DNA of 28,296 nucleotides. It comes from a virus (Duplodnaviria > Caudoviricetes). The notes under the pieces are model-generated. The model ran no database searches. It was given only the letters and a program-made list of their open reading frames with translations, and was not told where the DNA came from. The stretch's first letter is position 1, and each line of letters opens with the position of its first letter. The position numbers were made by a program, and so were the translations under genes. The stretch spans positions 1-28,296 of IMG/VR virus record IMGVR_UViG_3300005805_000351. The stretch is one strand, 5' to 3'. This document shows positions 18,842-28,105 of the stretch, in pieces.

Positions 18842-21800
18842 ATGGGATTTACGGCTGGCTACAATTTTGATGTTTCCAATCTGGATAGCGATTTCTACAA
18901 GAAATTGTCCAGCGGAACTCCTATTTCGAATCCGTATAAAACCATAGTTTTATCAGGAAATACTTCTGCCAATTTGCAAATACAAAATGCACTAAATGAA
19001 CTCAATGATCTGTTTATTGACGACTCTGTAAAGATTGTTCTCAAATTTACAGGAATTTGTGGTTCTTTTACCAATGCAATCGCTGATTCTACTTATCATA
19101 GATTCGATAGTCCTGTTCTCATTGACCATCCTGTTGCAGATAGACTTGTAATAGAAGGAGAATCACCAAGCGATCACTCTATACTTGGAGTTTCTTATTA
19201 TGATGCGGTAAACCACGAAGCCTTGGGTGTAAGTGGAGAGTTTTATATCAACGCTGCAACGGCGGCGGCTGATGGCTTCTATGCACAGTTTGTCATAACC
19301 AATGGCAATAGTCTTCGCATGGGAGAATACCTCGGAATATATGACAACAGATATCAAAAATATCTAAATCCATCTTTCTATCAATTCAAAGATCCCATTA
19401 ACAGTAGAGTATTTGCCACTCCATATCCGGTAACAGCAGAAAAACTTCGTGCTTCTCTGATTATTGGAGTTCATAAAATAGTAGACAAAATAGATCTTGA
19501 TTCAAGATTTCCTTCAAATCCTGGCAATAAAGTAGACTATGTTACTGTTCAGATAAAGAATCCAAATCCAACCTATTCAATAGGATTGCAGGAATATGTT
19601 GTATCGTTTGCCCGTAGAGCATATCTGACACCACAGGGTGTTGTTGGAAGATACGAACAGGGCTATGGTTCTTCCACTGTACTAGAAGATCCTCTTTTCT
19701 TCAGCGGATTGTCTTCTGGTGTTTCTGGTTCTGAAGATGCCGTTTCCATACCAGGTTATAGAAATGCATCTCAATACAACTACGGAGAGTTTAGAAACGG
19801 AAGATACTGGACTTATTTCAATGAATCATACGATAGCAATTCACCAAGAATCACAAGACAGATAAGTCCAAACGAACAGGGTCTTACAGGACTCTACATT
19901 GGAGAGAACGAAACTCCATATGGAATAGGCTCTGACTGGGAAAGATATGATAGACTCGCACAGACCGATGGAAACAATCTTTCTGTTAGAAACTATCGTG
20001 ATTCAAATGATTTTAGAGCAAAGGGATTCAAGAGCATCATACAGTGCAGCGGCGATGGTTTTATCATAGCGAATTGCACGAAACCACCAGAACTAAAGAA
20101 CATACTGTTGATCGGTCCTACATCTGGCTATGCACACGGAATTCGTGTAGAGAACAGTTCTTCTGTTAATCTTCGTCAGGTAGCAGTCGTTGGCTTCTCT
20201 GAAGGTGCAGGAGTATTTGCAAACAACAAATCAACAGTCAATATAATCGCTGACAAATTCTCTGACCCTGAAGTATTCCGTGAAGTCGGGGCATTCTCTT
20301 GTCTGAACTACACAGGATTTGAATCGAGAAACCACTCCAATATCAACGGACCAAGATCCGTTGCGGCAGGAAACCGTTTTGCAAACTACTATGCGTCTGA
20401 AAATTCATACATCAATGCCTATGCTTCCACATCTACCTGTTCTTCAAGATACGGAATAGTCGCTGTCGGCAAGAGTTTCATCAATGCGGATTCTTCTTTC
20501 TCTTGCCTCAATGGTTCTGATGGTTTCCTCTCCACTAATGGAAGTCTATTGACCATCAATTCTGGCAGAGCCTGCTACAACTATGGCAACGGAATTCATG
20601 CTTTCTCTTCTGGAGAAATTCGTGCATTCGATGTCATAACATCTTCAAACAAGAAAGATGGAATAGTTGCAAACGATATGTCTACCATTGTCTGTGGAGA
20701 TTCATCAAAAGAACCAAAAAATTGGGATCTGTTCTATGGGTACACAGAACCGTACTATAACTTCGAAAATCCAACAAACATTTCTCAATCACGATTCAAT
20801 GGAATCTCTGGTCTTGCCTCTTCGACCGATTCATTTGTCAATGCCTCTTTCTTTGAGACTTATGACAACTCTAGAATTGGTGGAGAACTCGGAAGACTGA
20901 AGGATGTGCAGTGTGTCTATTCCAATGCCATAGGCTACTGCTATGGTGGATCTTCCGCAGGAGCAACCTGCGATTCTGCCTACAAATATTGCGACAATGC
21001 AACATATGCAGTCACATCAACAACAGATATAAATGCTCTTCTCGATGACAAGATTCCGCTTAATCTTGGAGCGGCATCCATCTGCATACCATACACAGAA
21101 TTCGTTGGTCTTACGGCACAGGTTCCTGTTTCAAAGACCCGATACAGTCTTGTTGTTGGTGCTATAGAAAGTGAATATCCATCTCCAAACGGACTGACAG
21201 TTTCAAAGATTCTTGCCTGCAAGGGATACATTCCTGGTTGTGGTGTTCGTGGGCAAGGAGGAGGACTTGGTGGTGCTTTCGGTGGTGCTGAAACAAATAT
21301 AGAACTCTGCGGAGAATCCCAAACACCAGCAGAAATTCTAGCAGGAGCAACAGGTTCTGCATCCGAATCCTTTGTTATAAGAAACAACATTCTTGCCTGT
21401 GCAACAGACATATCGACAGTCTTGGAGACTATTATCTGCTTGAACGAGGCTGATGTAGATAACCCAAAGCGTCCTATTTCTCTTGTATTGCCAAACTATG
21501 ATGTAGAGATTCGTGATTCTTCAAAGATAGCATTTGCAGGAAGAATAGCAAATTTCGGCTATTATGACATAAGAACTGGTGTCAGAATTCAGCCAATATA
21601 TCGTGGAGAAACAGAGATTTCCACATTACTCAAGCCAGCAACCCTCATAGGATATGGTGGAAACAAAAACGGAAGTGAACTTGTAATAACAGATCAGACC
21701 CTGTTGGAAACAGGTATGTTTGGAAATCAGGGAGCAGATAGCCTTGACCCAAGAGATGCCCGATACCGCCTACGGTATTCCTCTGAAGATTTCTTGACAG

Positions 21801-22015
21801 CGGCAGAACTCTACGACCCTGTTGCACAAGTGGGATACATTAATGCAATTCCATATAAACTGAATCTTGGAAACAAAGATCCAGAAACAGGAGCAGCACT
21901 GACAACAATAGGAGCAACTGCTGCCGAGATACTCCAAACAAATACATCATCTACTCCACAATTGGGAAGCGGAACCAATGAGCAATCTGCCCAAAATGGA
22001 TACACTACATACTGA
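18842..22015 (+). CDS. Right-handed beta-helix (pectin-lyase-like) tailspike/appendage protein, paralogue A
   Basis: About 22-aa coil repeats such as NGSDGFLSTNGSLLTINSGRACYNYGNGIHAFSSGEIRAFDVITSSNKKDGIVANDMSTI. Shares several sequence blocks with the next gene. Confidence 0.7.
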   Translation: MGFTAGYNFDVSNLDSDFYKKLSSGTPISNPYKTIVLSGNTSANLQIQNALNELNDLFIDDSVKIVLKFTGICGSFTNAIADSTYHRFDSPVLIDHPVADRLVIEGESPSDHSILGVSYYDAVNHEALGVSGEFYINAATAAADGFYAQFVITNGNSLRMGEYLGIYDNRYQKYLNPSFYQFKDPINSRVFATPYPVTAEKLRASLIIGVHKIVDKIDLDSRFPSNPGNKVDYVTVQIKNPNPTYSIGLQEYVVSFARRAYLTPQGVVGRYEQGYGSSTVLEDPLFFSGLSSGVSGSEDAVSIPGYRNASQYNYGEFRNGRYWTYFNESYDSNSPRITRQISPNEQGLTGLYIGENETPYGIGSDWERYDRLAQTDGNNLSVRNYRDSNDFRAKGFKSIIQCSGDGFIIANCTKPPELKNILLIGPTSGYAHGIRVENSSSVNLRQVAVVGFSEGAGVFANNKSTVNIIADKFSDPEVFREVGAFSCLNYTGFESRNHSNINGPRSVAAGNRFANYYASENSYINAYASTSTCSSRYGIVAVGKSFINADSSFSCLNGSDGFLSTNGSLLTINSGRACYNYGNGIHAFSSGEIRAFDVITSSNKKDGIVANDMSTIVCGDSSKEPKNWDLFYGYTEPYYNFENPTNISQSRFNGISGLASSTDSFVNASFFETYDNSRIGGELGRLKDVQCVYSNAIGYCYGGSSAGATCDSAYKYCDNATYAVTSTTDINALLDDKIPLNLGAASICIPYTEFVGLTAQVPVSKTRYSLVVGAIESEYPSPNGLTVSKILACKGYIPGCGVRGQGGGLGGAFGGAETNIELCGESQTPAEILAGATGSASESFVIRNNILACATDISTVLETIICLNEADVDNPKRPISLVLPNYDVEIRDSSKIAFAGRIANFGYYDIRTGVRIQPIYRGETEISTLLKPATLIGYGGNKNGSELVITDQTLLETGMFGNQGADSLDPRDARYRLRYSSEDFLTAAELYDPVAQVGYINAIPYKLNLGNKDPETGAALTTIGATAAEILQTNTSSTPQLGSGTNEQSAQNGYTTY

Positions 22016-22028
22016 TTGGAGTTAGAAA

Positions 22029-25000
22029 ATGCCTTATAACCTTCAGTTTCTAGATGATCCAGATGATGTGCCGTACATAAATCAGAGCACGACGCTTCAT
22101 GTTGGTGTCAATGGAGATGATGTTCAAAACAACGGCTCCTCCGAATCTCCCTTTAGAACTCTTGGAAAAGCCATAGATGTTCTTCGTGGCAAACAGATTA
22201 AAAAAGATGCAATAGTCACCGTGCAATTGGGTGCTATTGCCACAGATAGATTTGGCAAAAGAAAGAAATACTTTGAAGAAGAACAGATAAACATTGATTT
22301 TGAGTCGGCAAAAAGAATCAAAATCAAAGGAATAAAGCCAACAGACCATGAGATATTGGGTATAAGTTATTATGATGCTGTTCCTGGTGGTGAAGGGTTC
22401 TATTGTCAGGTTATTGTCACAAATCAAGATAAAATTGCCATTGGAGACTATCTCTCCGTTTATGACCATTTCAAGATAAAGAAAAAAGACCCAAGTCACT
22501 TTTGGGCAACAACTGGTGTGCCTAAAGCCAGTTCAAGATTCGTGACTCCTTCTAATTGCTATGTTGAATCTATTCGTGGAGATATGATTGTCGGCGTTCA
22601 CGAAGTTGTGGATGTAAGCAATACTGTTGACCAAAATCCAACAGTTCCTACAGAATTATTCGAAGCCGAAGGACTGAAAGTTGGAGCAGTCACTCTTCAC
22701 ATCAAAAATCACAACTACACATTCAACAGAACAAAAGAGATTCCTTTCTATAGTACTCTTGGAAGAATGTACGATAAACCTCTTTTCACATATGCCGCTG
22801 GAGCGGGAAATTCTCCACTAGAATCACAGCAGAACAACCTTATTCCTCCTATTTTGTATGGAGCGGATATGCTTTCAAACCCACAAACAGCCGAGAGCAA
22901 TGGGTTTGAGCAGTTCTACTATGCATCATCCGTTCAACAAGTAGAAATAGTAGACATCATGGTTCGTGGATATGGGTTTTCCCTTTCTGCCTTAGACAAC
23001 AAGATTGTCGATCCAAGAACAGGAAAAATTGCAAAAAATGCCTCTCTCCTATGGAATGATAAAACTCTCAATGGATTCAACCGTGTTGTTGTTGCAAATC
23101 CCATTGCCTCTTATTTCTACAATAAACTGATAAACGATCTTGCAATAAAGACAGACCTTCCTTTTTACTTTGGTCTATCGACAAATCCATTCGTGACAAT
23201 GGAATCTGTCATAAAGGCTTCTAAAAAGATTCGTGACTATTTGCTCAACGGAGCAAGGCAAATAGATGGAATACCTCCTTGGGAAGAGGACAACCATCCA
23301 GGATATGGATTTGGACCATTTGAAAGCGGAGTTCAGATTGATCCGCTTTCAAGTCCACAGGTTGATACCTCTTCATATCCACAAGAATATGCAGACAACT
23401 CAAAATTCTCCATTTTGCTCAGGTATTACAACATATATCCTCCTATAAACGGACAACTGTACCAACCAACTCTCGTAAAGAGAATACAGTCTTGGTACAA
23501 TGACAACGGAACAAAAAACGGAATACAATTGGACAAATGGGAACTAAAAGGAAACAAGAGTCCATTTTTCTGTGGATATATCACACCACAAGGCTGGTAC
23601 AAGAAGCAGTTTTCAAGCAATCCCGATGCAACTGCTTTTACAACTTCGGTTCCGAGTTTTTCAGACCTCTCTGATTTATATGGATACCATCGTCTATCTG
23701 GTGTTTCGTATCCTGCCTATATCGGCAACCCATTGACTTCTTTTTCCATTGTTGGAAATGGAGCCATAGGAACAATATCAAACGACAGAACTTCAACAAA
23801 GAATCTTCCTCTTATTGACCAGACAAGAGTAGACGAAGAATTATCTGGTGCTTGCGGTGGAAGTGCCAAAAAAGGTTCTATGGGAACTGTCTGGTATGCT
23901 GGAACGGTAAACGGAGATATTTCTCTGGGAAGTCCGACATTAAGTGCATATGGAACCACCATTTTCGACAGATATTCTCTTGGATATATTTCAGGAAATC
24001 TACCATCACCAAACGATGAAATAGTGGACAAAGAAACCACTATTGTGAACGACAACAACACTTCAAGAATAACAACAACACAGAGCATGAATCTTCGTGG
24101 AAAGTGTTTCAAGACTGTTCTCCGATTCTCTGCAAACGGCATCTGTGTCAAATCCAAGACAAAATTGCCTTTGCTTAAAGATGTCTGTCTTGTTAAGGTC
24201 GGAAAGAAGCAAGGAAGGCACTATGGTTTGCTCGCAGACGGAGAATCGGTAGTTAATGCCACAAACATTGCAGTCTGTTCCTTTTCTTGCGGAATCTCTG
24301 CAAGAAATCAGTCTCTTGTGAACCTGTTGACCGATTTAAGTGATTCGTCTGATGCATCAAACAGAGGCATACTGAAGGCGGTTGATCCAGGAGCAGTCGT
24401 GTCGGCAAACGACATAGGAATAGAGAGTGCACAAAAGTCTCATGTCAATGCACAAAGAACGGTAAGTAGCGGTTCAAAGACAGCAAACTATCTTTCTATT
24501 GTCAATTCTTCGATGGATTGCTCTAATGCACTGTCTGTTGGAAGCCACAAGCACGGATTTGTCTCTGAATACAATTCCTATATGAAGGCAATAAATTGTT
24601 TTTCAGAATTCAACGGTGGCATTGGCTTCTGTACCGCAAACAACAGCATACTTGTCTGCCATCGTAGCCGTTCTCTCTGGAATGGTTCTCATGGTGTGTT
24701 TGCCAACAGCAGAGGAACAATTCGTTGCTATGAATTCATCTCAAGATCGAACAATGGAGATGGATTCCTTGCTCAAAGAAAATCTATAATATCCGCTGGA
24801 GCAAATTCTTCTTCTTGGACAAACTACAGAAGAGAGATGGAAGAGTTTTTGGCAGAGATATATGGAAACATAACAACAGGATATGATGTTCGTGCCTCCA
24901 TTCCTCCACATCTCTTTCAGATCTCCGTGGTAAAGCCAGCAGATGACCCAACAAATCCATTTGTCAGACTGCCAGAACCCATAGATTCCATAAACAGAAA

Positions 25001-25220
25001 TCCTACTTTTGGAATCGCCGTGTTCTACCATGAATGCAACAGCACCATTGCAGAGTTCAATGCTGGTTCTGGTTTTGCCTCTGAAACGGATTCTCTTATC
25101 GTTGCGGACAATACTATTTCCAGATACAACAGCAAGATGTTTGGTGAGTTCTTCATATACGGATGGTCGGGAACCCGTGGCTCTTTCCCAACAGATACCT
25201 ATGCTTCGGGAGGTGTATGA
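22029..25220 (+). CDS. Right-handed beta-helix tailspike/appendage protein, paralogue B
   Basis: N-terminal HVGVNGDDVQNNGSSESPFRTLGKAID (the GxDxxxGxxxxPFxTI type motif that precedes beta-helices) and coil repeats NGGIGFCTANNSILVCHRSRSLWNGSHGVFANSRGTI. Confidence 0.72.
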   Translation: MPYNLQFLDDPDDVPYINQSTTLHVGVNGDDVQNNGSSESPFRTLGKAIDVLRGKQIKKDAIVTVQLGAIATDRFGKRKKYFEEEQINIDFESAKRIKIKGIKPTDHEILGISYYDAVPGGEGFYCQVIVTNQDKIAIGDYLSVYDHFKIKKKDPSHFWATTGVPKASSRFVTPSNCYVESIRGDMIVGVHEVVDVSNTVDQNPTVPTELFEAEGLKVGAVTLHIKNHNYTFNRTKEIPFYSTLGRMYDKPLFTYAAGAGNSPLESQQNNLIPPILYGADMLSNPQTAESNGFEQFYYASSVQQVEIVDIMVRGYGFSLSALDNKIVDPRTGKIAKNASLLWNDKTLNGFNRVVVANPIASYFYNKLINDLAIKTDLPFYFGLSTNPFVTMESVIKASKKIRDYLLNGARQIDGIPPWEEDNHPGYGFGPFESGVQIDPLSSPQVDTSSYPQEYADNSKFSILLRYYNIYPPINGQLYQPTLVKRIQSWYNDNGTKNGIQLDKWELKGNKSPFFCGYITPQGWYKKQFSSNPDATAFTTSVPSFSDLSDLYGYHRLSGVSYPAYIGNPLTSFSIVGNGAIGTISNDRTSTKNLPLIDQTRVDEELSGACGGSAKKGSMGTVWYAGTVNGDISLGSPTLSAYGTTIFDRYSLGYISGNLPSPNDEIVDKETTIVNDNNTSRITTTQSMNLRGKCFKTVLRFSANGICVKSKTKLPLLKDVCLVKVGKKQGRHYGLLADGESVVNATNIAVCSFSCGISARNQSLVNLLTDLSDSSDASNRGILKAVDPGAVVSANDIGIESAQKSHVNAQRTVSSGSKTANYLSIVNSSMDCSNALSVGSHKHGFVSEYNSYMKAINCFSEFNGGIGFCTANNSILVCHRSRSLWNGSHGVFANSRGTIRCYEFISRSNNGDGFLAQRKSIISAGANSSSWTNYRREMEEFLAEIYGNITTGYDVRASIPPHLFQISVVKPADDPTNPFVRLPEPIDSINRNPTFGIAVFYHECNSTIAEFNAGSGFASETDSLIVADNTISRYNSKMFGEFFIYGWSGTRGSFPTDTYASGGV

Positions 25221-26872
25221 TGGGATTTGACGGAGACTTTGATCCAGCAGTAGTGGAATTTCCAGGCATTTCATATAGTCCTGGTTACGAATCTGGATTT
25301 ACTTGGGCAACTCAGTATTCGTCAGAAGTCAGCGGTGCTTTGGCATTGAGTCAAGGACTATACTATGTCTCGAATTTTCTGACAAGAGATATTGCTGGGA
25401 GAACAGCAGGAATATGTGTGAATCCTTGGGATTTCAACTATGTCAAAGCAAGAACAGTCGATGGAATAGTTGTAGGAAGACCCCCAAATTACAACAGAAC
25501 ATCCTTTCAGTCTTGTGATTGTTCCTACCATAAGTGTGATCGGGAATTCGAGGGTATGGGATACACTTTAGACTTTGCTGCTCTCTGGAGTGGAGACACA
25601 CAAACAAAAGGATTAAGAGAGGTTTTTTCCAGAACAGATGGAGTAGATGAAGAAATTCAACAGTTCCCACAACCTAATATAATAAACTCCTATTTTAATA
25701 GTTTAGGATTTCCTCAAACAAAAAGAGTTAACATTTCATACATTGCAGCCTATGGATTGTTTAATGTCGAGGATAACAGAGTTCTTGGATTCATAAACAA
25801 AGAAAAATTCAACGAATACAAGCAAGCCCTTTTGGCGGTAGACAGTAGTGTTTTTGGAAACAAAGAATCTGCCCTTTTGACCTATGCAATAATTGATTTT
25901 GCTTTAAGCGTCACTGGTGGTGTGTTCTTTAAAAACAACATTGTCTCTGCATTGGCTTTTGCTCAAGATACACTTGAACTAAGTGAAGATGCGGATTGGG
26001 AAAATGCCGCATCTGATATCATATACAACTACCAAAAGAATGCAAATATTCCAGGATTTGAAGCAGAGTTTGTCTATTCATCTGCTGGTTTGGATGAAAA
26101 CGAAAACATACAGGAAAAATGTATGTGCCTTGATGCTGGTCTTCATGGATTTGACGCCTATCCGTTTGCCGATGTGCAAATAGTCAACGATCAGTTGACA
26201 GTCGAAGAAGGAATTGGAGGACAACAGGCATTTGATTTGCTTGGATTTACTGGAAATCAAAAAGACCTTGCCAGTTTTCTTACCATAGATGGAAGAAGAC
26301 TAAAGGCATTAGGTGTAACTGGTGCAAAAGAATATAGATACGGTCCAAACTGGACCGAAGGTTATGGATTTTCCGATCTTAATGTTATTTCGGTTTCTAC
26401 TCCAGAATATAAAAATTGGGAAGTCAGAGATTCTGGTAAAATAAGAATGTCTGGAACTCCAAATGGAGAACCGTACTCCTTTGGACCACAATGGCTCGAA
26501 TGGGGACAGAGAATAGGTGTTCCTTCTATAGAGACTGTTCCGATCAATCCAATAACTATTGGTGGCGGAAACTTTGGAGATGCAAATTTTGGATACAAGG
26601 GCAAAGTTGAAGGAAGTCTTATATACCGTGGAAGGCTCAAGGGAGAAGTTCTACCTTATGAAGGTCAAGACTACAAGTTTGTGTTCTCCGGTATAACATT
26701 GAAACCTGGTGTAGGAAACAACAACAAAGTATTGCTTGGACTAAATACAATCAGGCACATAGATGCCGTGACAAACTATGACGCATATGGGATCACTGGA
26801 TCCATTGAAGATATTGTTTTCTCCGAGGGGTTCTCGGAGTCTCCGCATGATAAAACCATTTACAGATTGTGA
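25220..26872 (+). CDS. Hypothetical virion-associated protein (about 550 aa)
   Basis: Long ORF. Start moved from 25163 to the ATG at 25220 (or 25217), which follows SD GGAGGT (25209-25214) and overlaps the upstream TGA. No recognisable family motif. Confidence 0.7.
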   Translation: MGFDGDFDPAVVEFPGISYSPGYESGFTWATQYSSEVSGALALSQGLYYVSNFLTRDIAGRTAGICVNPWDFNYVKARTVDGIVVGRPPNYNRTSFQSCDCSYHKCDREFEGMGYTLDFAALWSGDTQTKGLREVFSRTDGVDEEIQQFPQPNIINSYFNSLGFPQTKRVNISYIAAYGLFNVEDNRVLGFINKEKFNEYKQALLAVDSSVFGNKESALLTYAIIDFALSVTGGVFFKNNIVSALAFAQDTLELSEDADWENAASDIIYNYQKNANIPGFEAEFVYSSAGLDENENIQEKCMCLDAGLHGFDAYPFADVQIVNDQLTVEEGIGGQQAFDLLGFTGNQKDLASFLTIDGRRLKALGVTGAKEYRYGPNWTEGYGFSDLNVISVSTPEYKNWEVRDSGKIRMSGTPNGEPYSFGPQWLEWGQRIGVPSIETVPINPITIGGGNFGDANFGYKGKVEGSLIYRGRLKGEVLPYEGQDYKFVFSGITLKPGVGNNNKVLLGLNTIRHIDAVTNYDAYGITGSIEDIVFSEGFSESPHDKTIYRL

Positions 26873-26881
26873 GAAAAAACT

Positions 26882-27283
26882 ATGAAAGTGACACTTGAAA
26901 CTCTTTTTGAAGCACACCCAGCATTTGAACTCCTTGGACGACAGTTTTTCTCTGTGAGCAAGATTGTTCCTGCAAGAAATCTCTTTGAAGAGATAAACAA
27001 ACACTATGCTGTAATTGCAGAAAAACAAAGAGAATTGCTGGAGTTTTACGGTAAAAAGAAAGAATCAGGTGAATATGACATCGAAGACGAGAAGAAGCCT
27101 TTCTATGAGAAAGAATTATCAGAATTTCTTTCCACCGAGGTTGAACTTGATTGGGAACCAGTCCATGTCGAAGAACTAGGGGATATCCGTATGCCCATAC
27201 TTGCATATGAATTGCTCAGTTTCCTCTTTGTTGAGACACCAAAGGTTCAGGAAGAATCAAAAGAAGAACAAGTAGTCAGTTAA
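26882..27283 (+). CDS. Acidic helical protein, DUF1617-like (possible fibre assembly factor)
   Basis: Pattern QRELLEFYGKKKESGE...YEKELSEFLSTEVELD resembles small helical proteins found after fibre genes. The ORF is solid; the family call is tentative. Confidence 0.5.
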   Translation: MKVTLETLFEAHPAFELLGRQFFSVSKIVPARNLFEEINKHYAVIAEKQRELLEFYGKKKESGEYDIEDEKKPFYEKELSEFLSTEVELDWEPVHVEELGDIRMPILAYELLSFLFVETPKVQEESKEEQVVS

Positions 27284-27298
27284 GATTTCTACAATTGA

Positions 27299-27336
27299 CC
27301 CCTTATACATAATGATGAAAACATCAGTATAGGGGG
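27299..27336 (+). promoter_or_regulatory. Putative late promoter box TATACATAA (27304-27312) inside a hairpin that sequesters the gene 13 RBS
   Basis: CCCCTTATAC (27299-27308) pairs with GTATAGGGGG (27327-27336), followed by an ATAA bulge and an inner stem TGATG-AAAA-CATCA. The SD-like AGGGGG lies in the 3' arm. Confidence 0.62.
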
Positions 27337-27340
27337 CATA

Positions 27341-28102
27341 ATGGCTCAACCATCTTCAAGACAGACGCTAAAAGACTACTGCCTTCGCAGATTAGGTCAT
27401 CCAGTTATTAAAATAAATGTTGACGATGCTCAGGTCGAGGATCGTCTGGACGATGCTCTACAGTTTTTTGCCGAATATCATTTTGATGGTGTGGAGCGTA
27501 TGTTCTTTCCCTATCAGATACTACAAGCCGATATTGATAACAAGTACATCAATACGGATATGATTAGCCCGAACATCATAACGGTGAATCGGGTTTTTCC
27601 ATTCAGCGAAACTGGTATGTCTGCAACGAATTTCTTTAGCGCAAGGTATCAGATGCACCTTCAAGACTACTTTGGCTTGAGAAACGGAACTTTCAATCTT
27701 TCATACTATGATATTGCACAGCAGTATGTTTCTCTTGTTCAGCAATATCTTGAACCAGAAAAGGCTTTTACATTTAGCCGTGTGACAAATAAGTTAAGAA
27801 TAGACACAAACTGGTCTGAGTCAATGAATGCAGGAAACTACTTGATGATTGAAGCCTATGTTGTTCTCAATCCCAATACCTATACGGAAATCTACAATGA
27901 CCGCCTGCTTAAAGAATATCTCACAAATCTGATAAAGCGGCAATGGGGGCAGAACCTCTCTAAATTCACTGGAGTTGCCCTTCCTGGTGGTGTTCAATTT
28001 GATGGACAGAAGATTCAGGAAGAAGCACAGATTCAGATAGACAAGATTGAAGAACAGGTGCAGTTGAAGTACGAACTACCACCAGATTTCATGGTTGGAT
28101 AA
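27341..28102 (+). CDS. 13: Neck protein gp13 (head-tail adaptor)
   Basis: PSSRQTLKDYCLRRLGHPVIKINVDDAQVEDRLDDALQFFAEYHFDG, IKRQWGQNLSKFTGVALPGGVQFDG and terminal YELPPDFMVG. Confidence 0.95.
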   Translation: MAQPSSRQTLKDYCLRRLGHPVIKINVDDAQVEDRLDDALQFFAEYHFDGVERMFFPYQILQADIDNKYINTDMISPNIITVNRVFPFSETGMSATNFFSARYQMHLQDYFGLRNGTFNLSYYDIAQQYVSLVQQYLEPEKAFTFSRVTNKLRIDTNWSESMNAGNYLMIEAYVVLNPNTYTEIYNDRLLKEYLTNLIKRQWGQNLSKFTGVALPGGVQFDGQKIQEEAQIQIDKIEEQVQLKYELPPDFMVG

Positions 28103-28105
28103 CCT

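Noticed and set aside
25163-25216. Upstream start for the 569-aa ORF
   Set aside because: It would overlap paralogue B by 58 nt. A strong SD and stop/start overlap favour 25217 or 25220.
24741-25274. 177-aa minus-strand ORF and the other short antisense or alternate-frame ORFs in the track
   Set aside because: They are nested in long structural genes with no supporting signals.
27299-27336. Hairpin as a rho-independent terminator
   Set aside because: There is no U-tract after the stem on either strand, and the 3' arm is the RBS.
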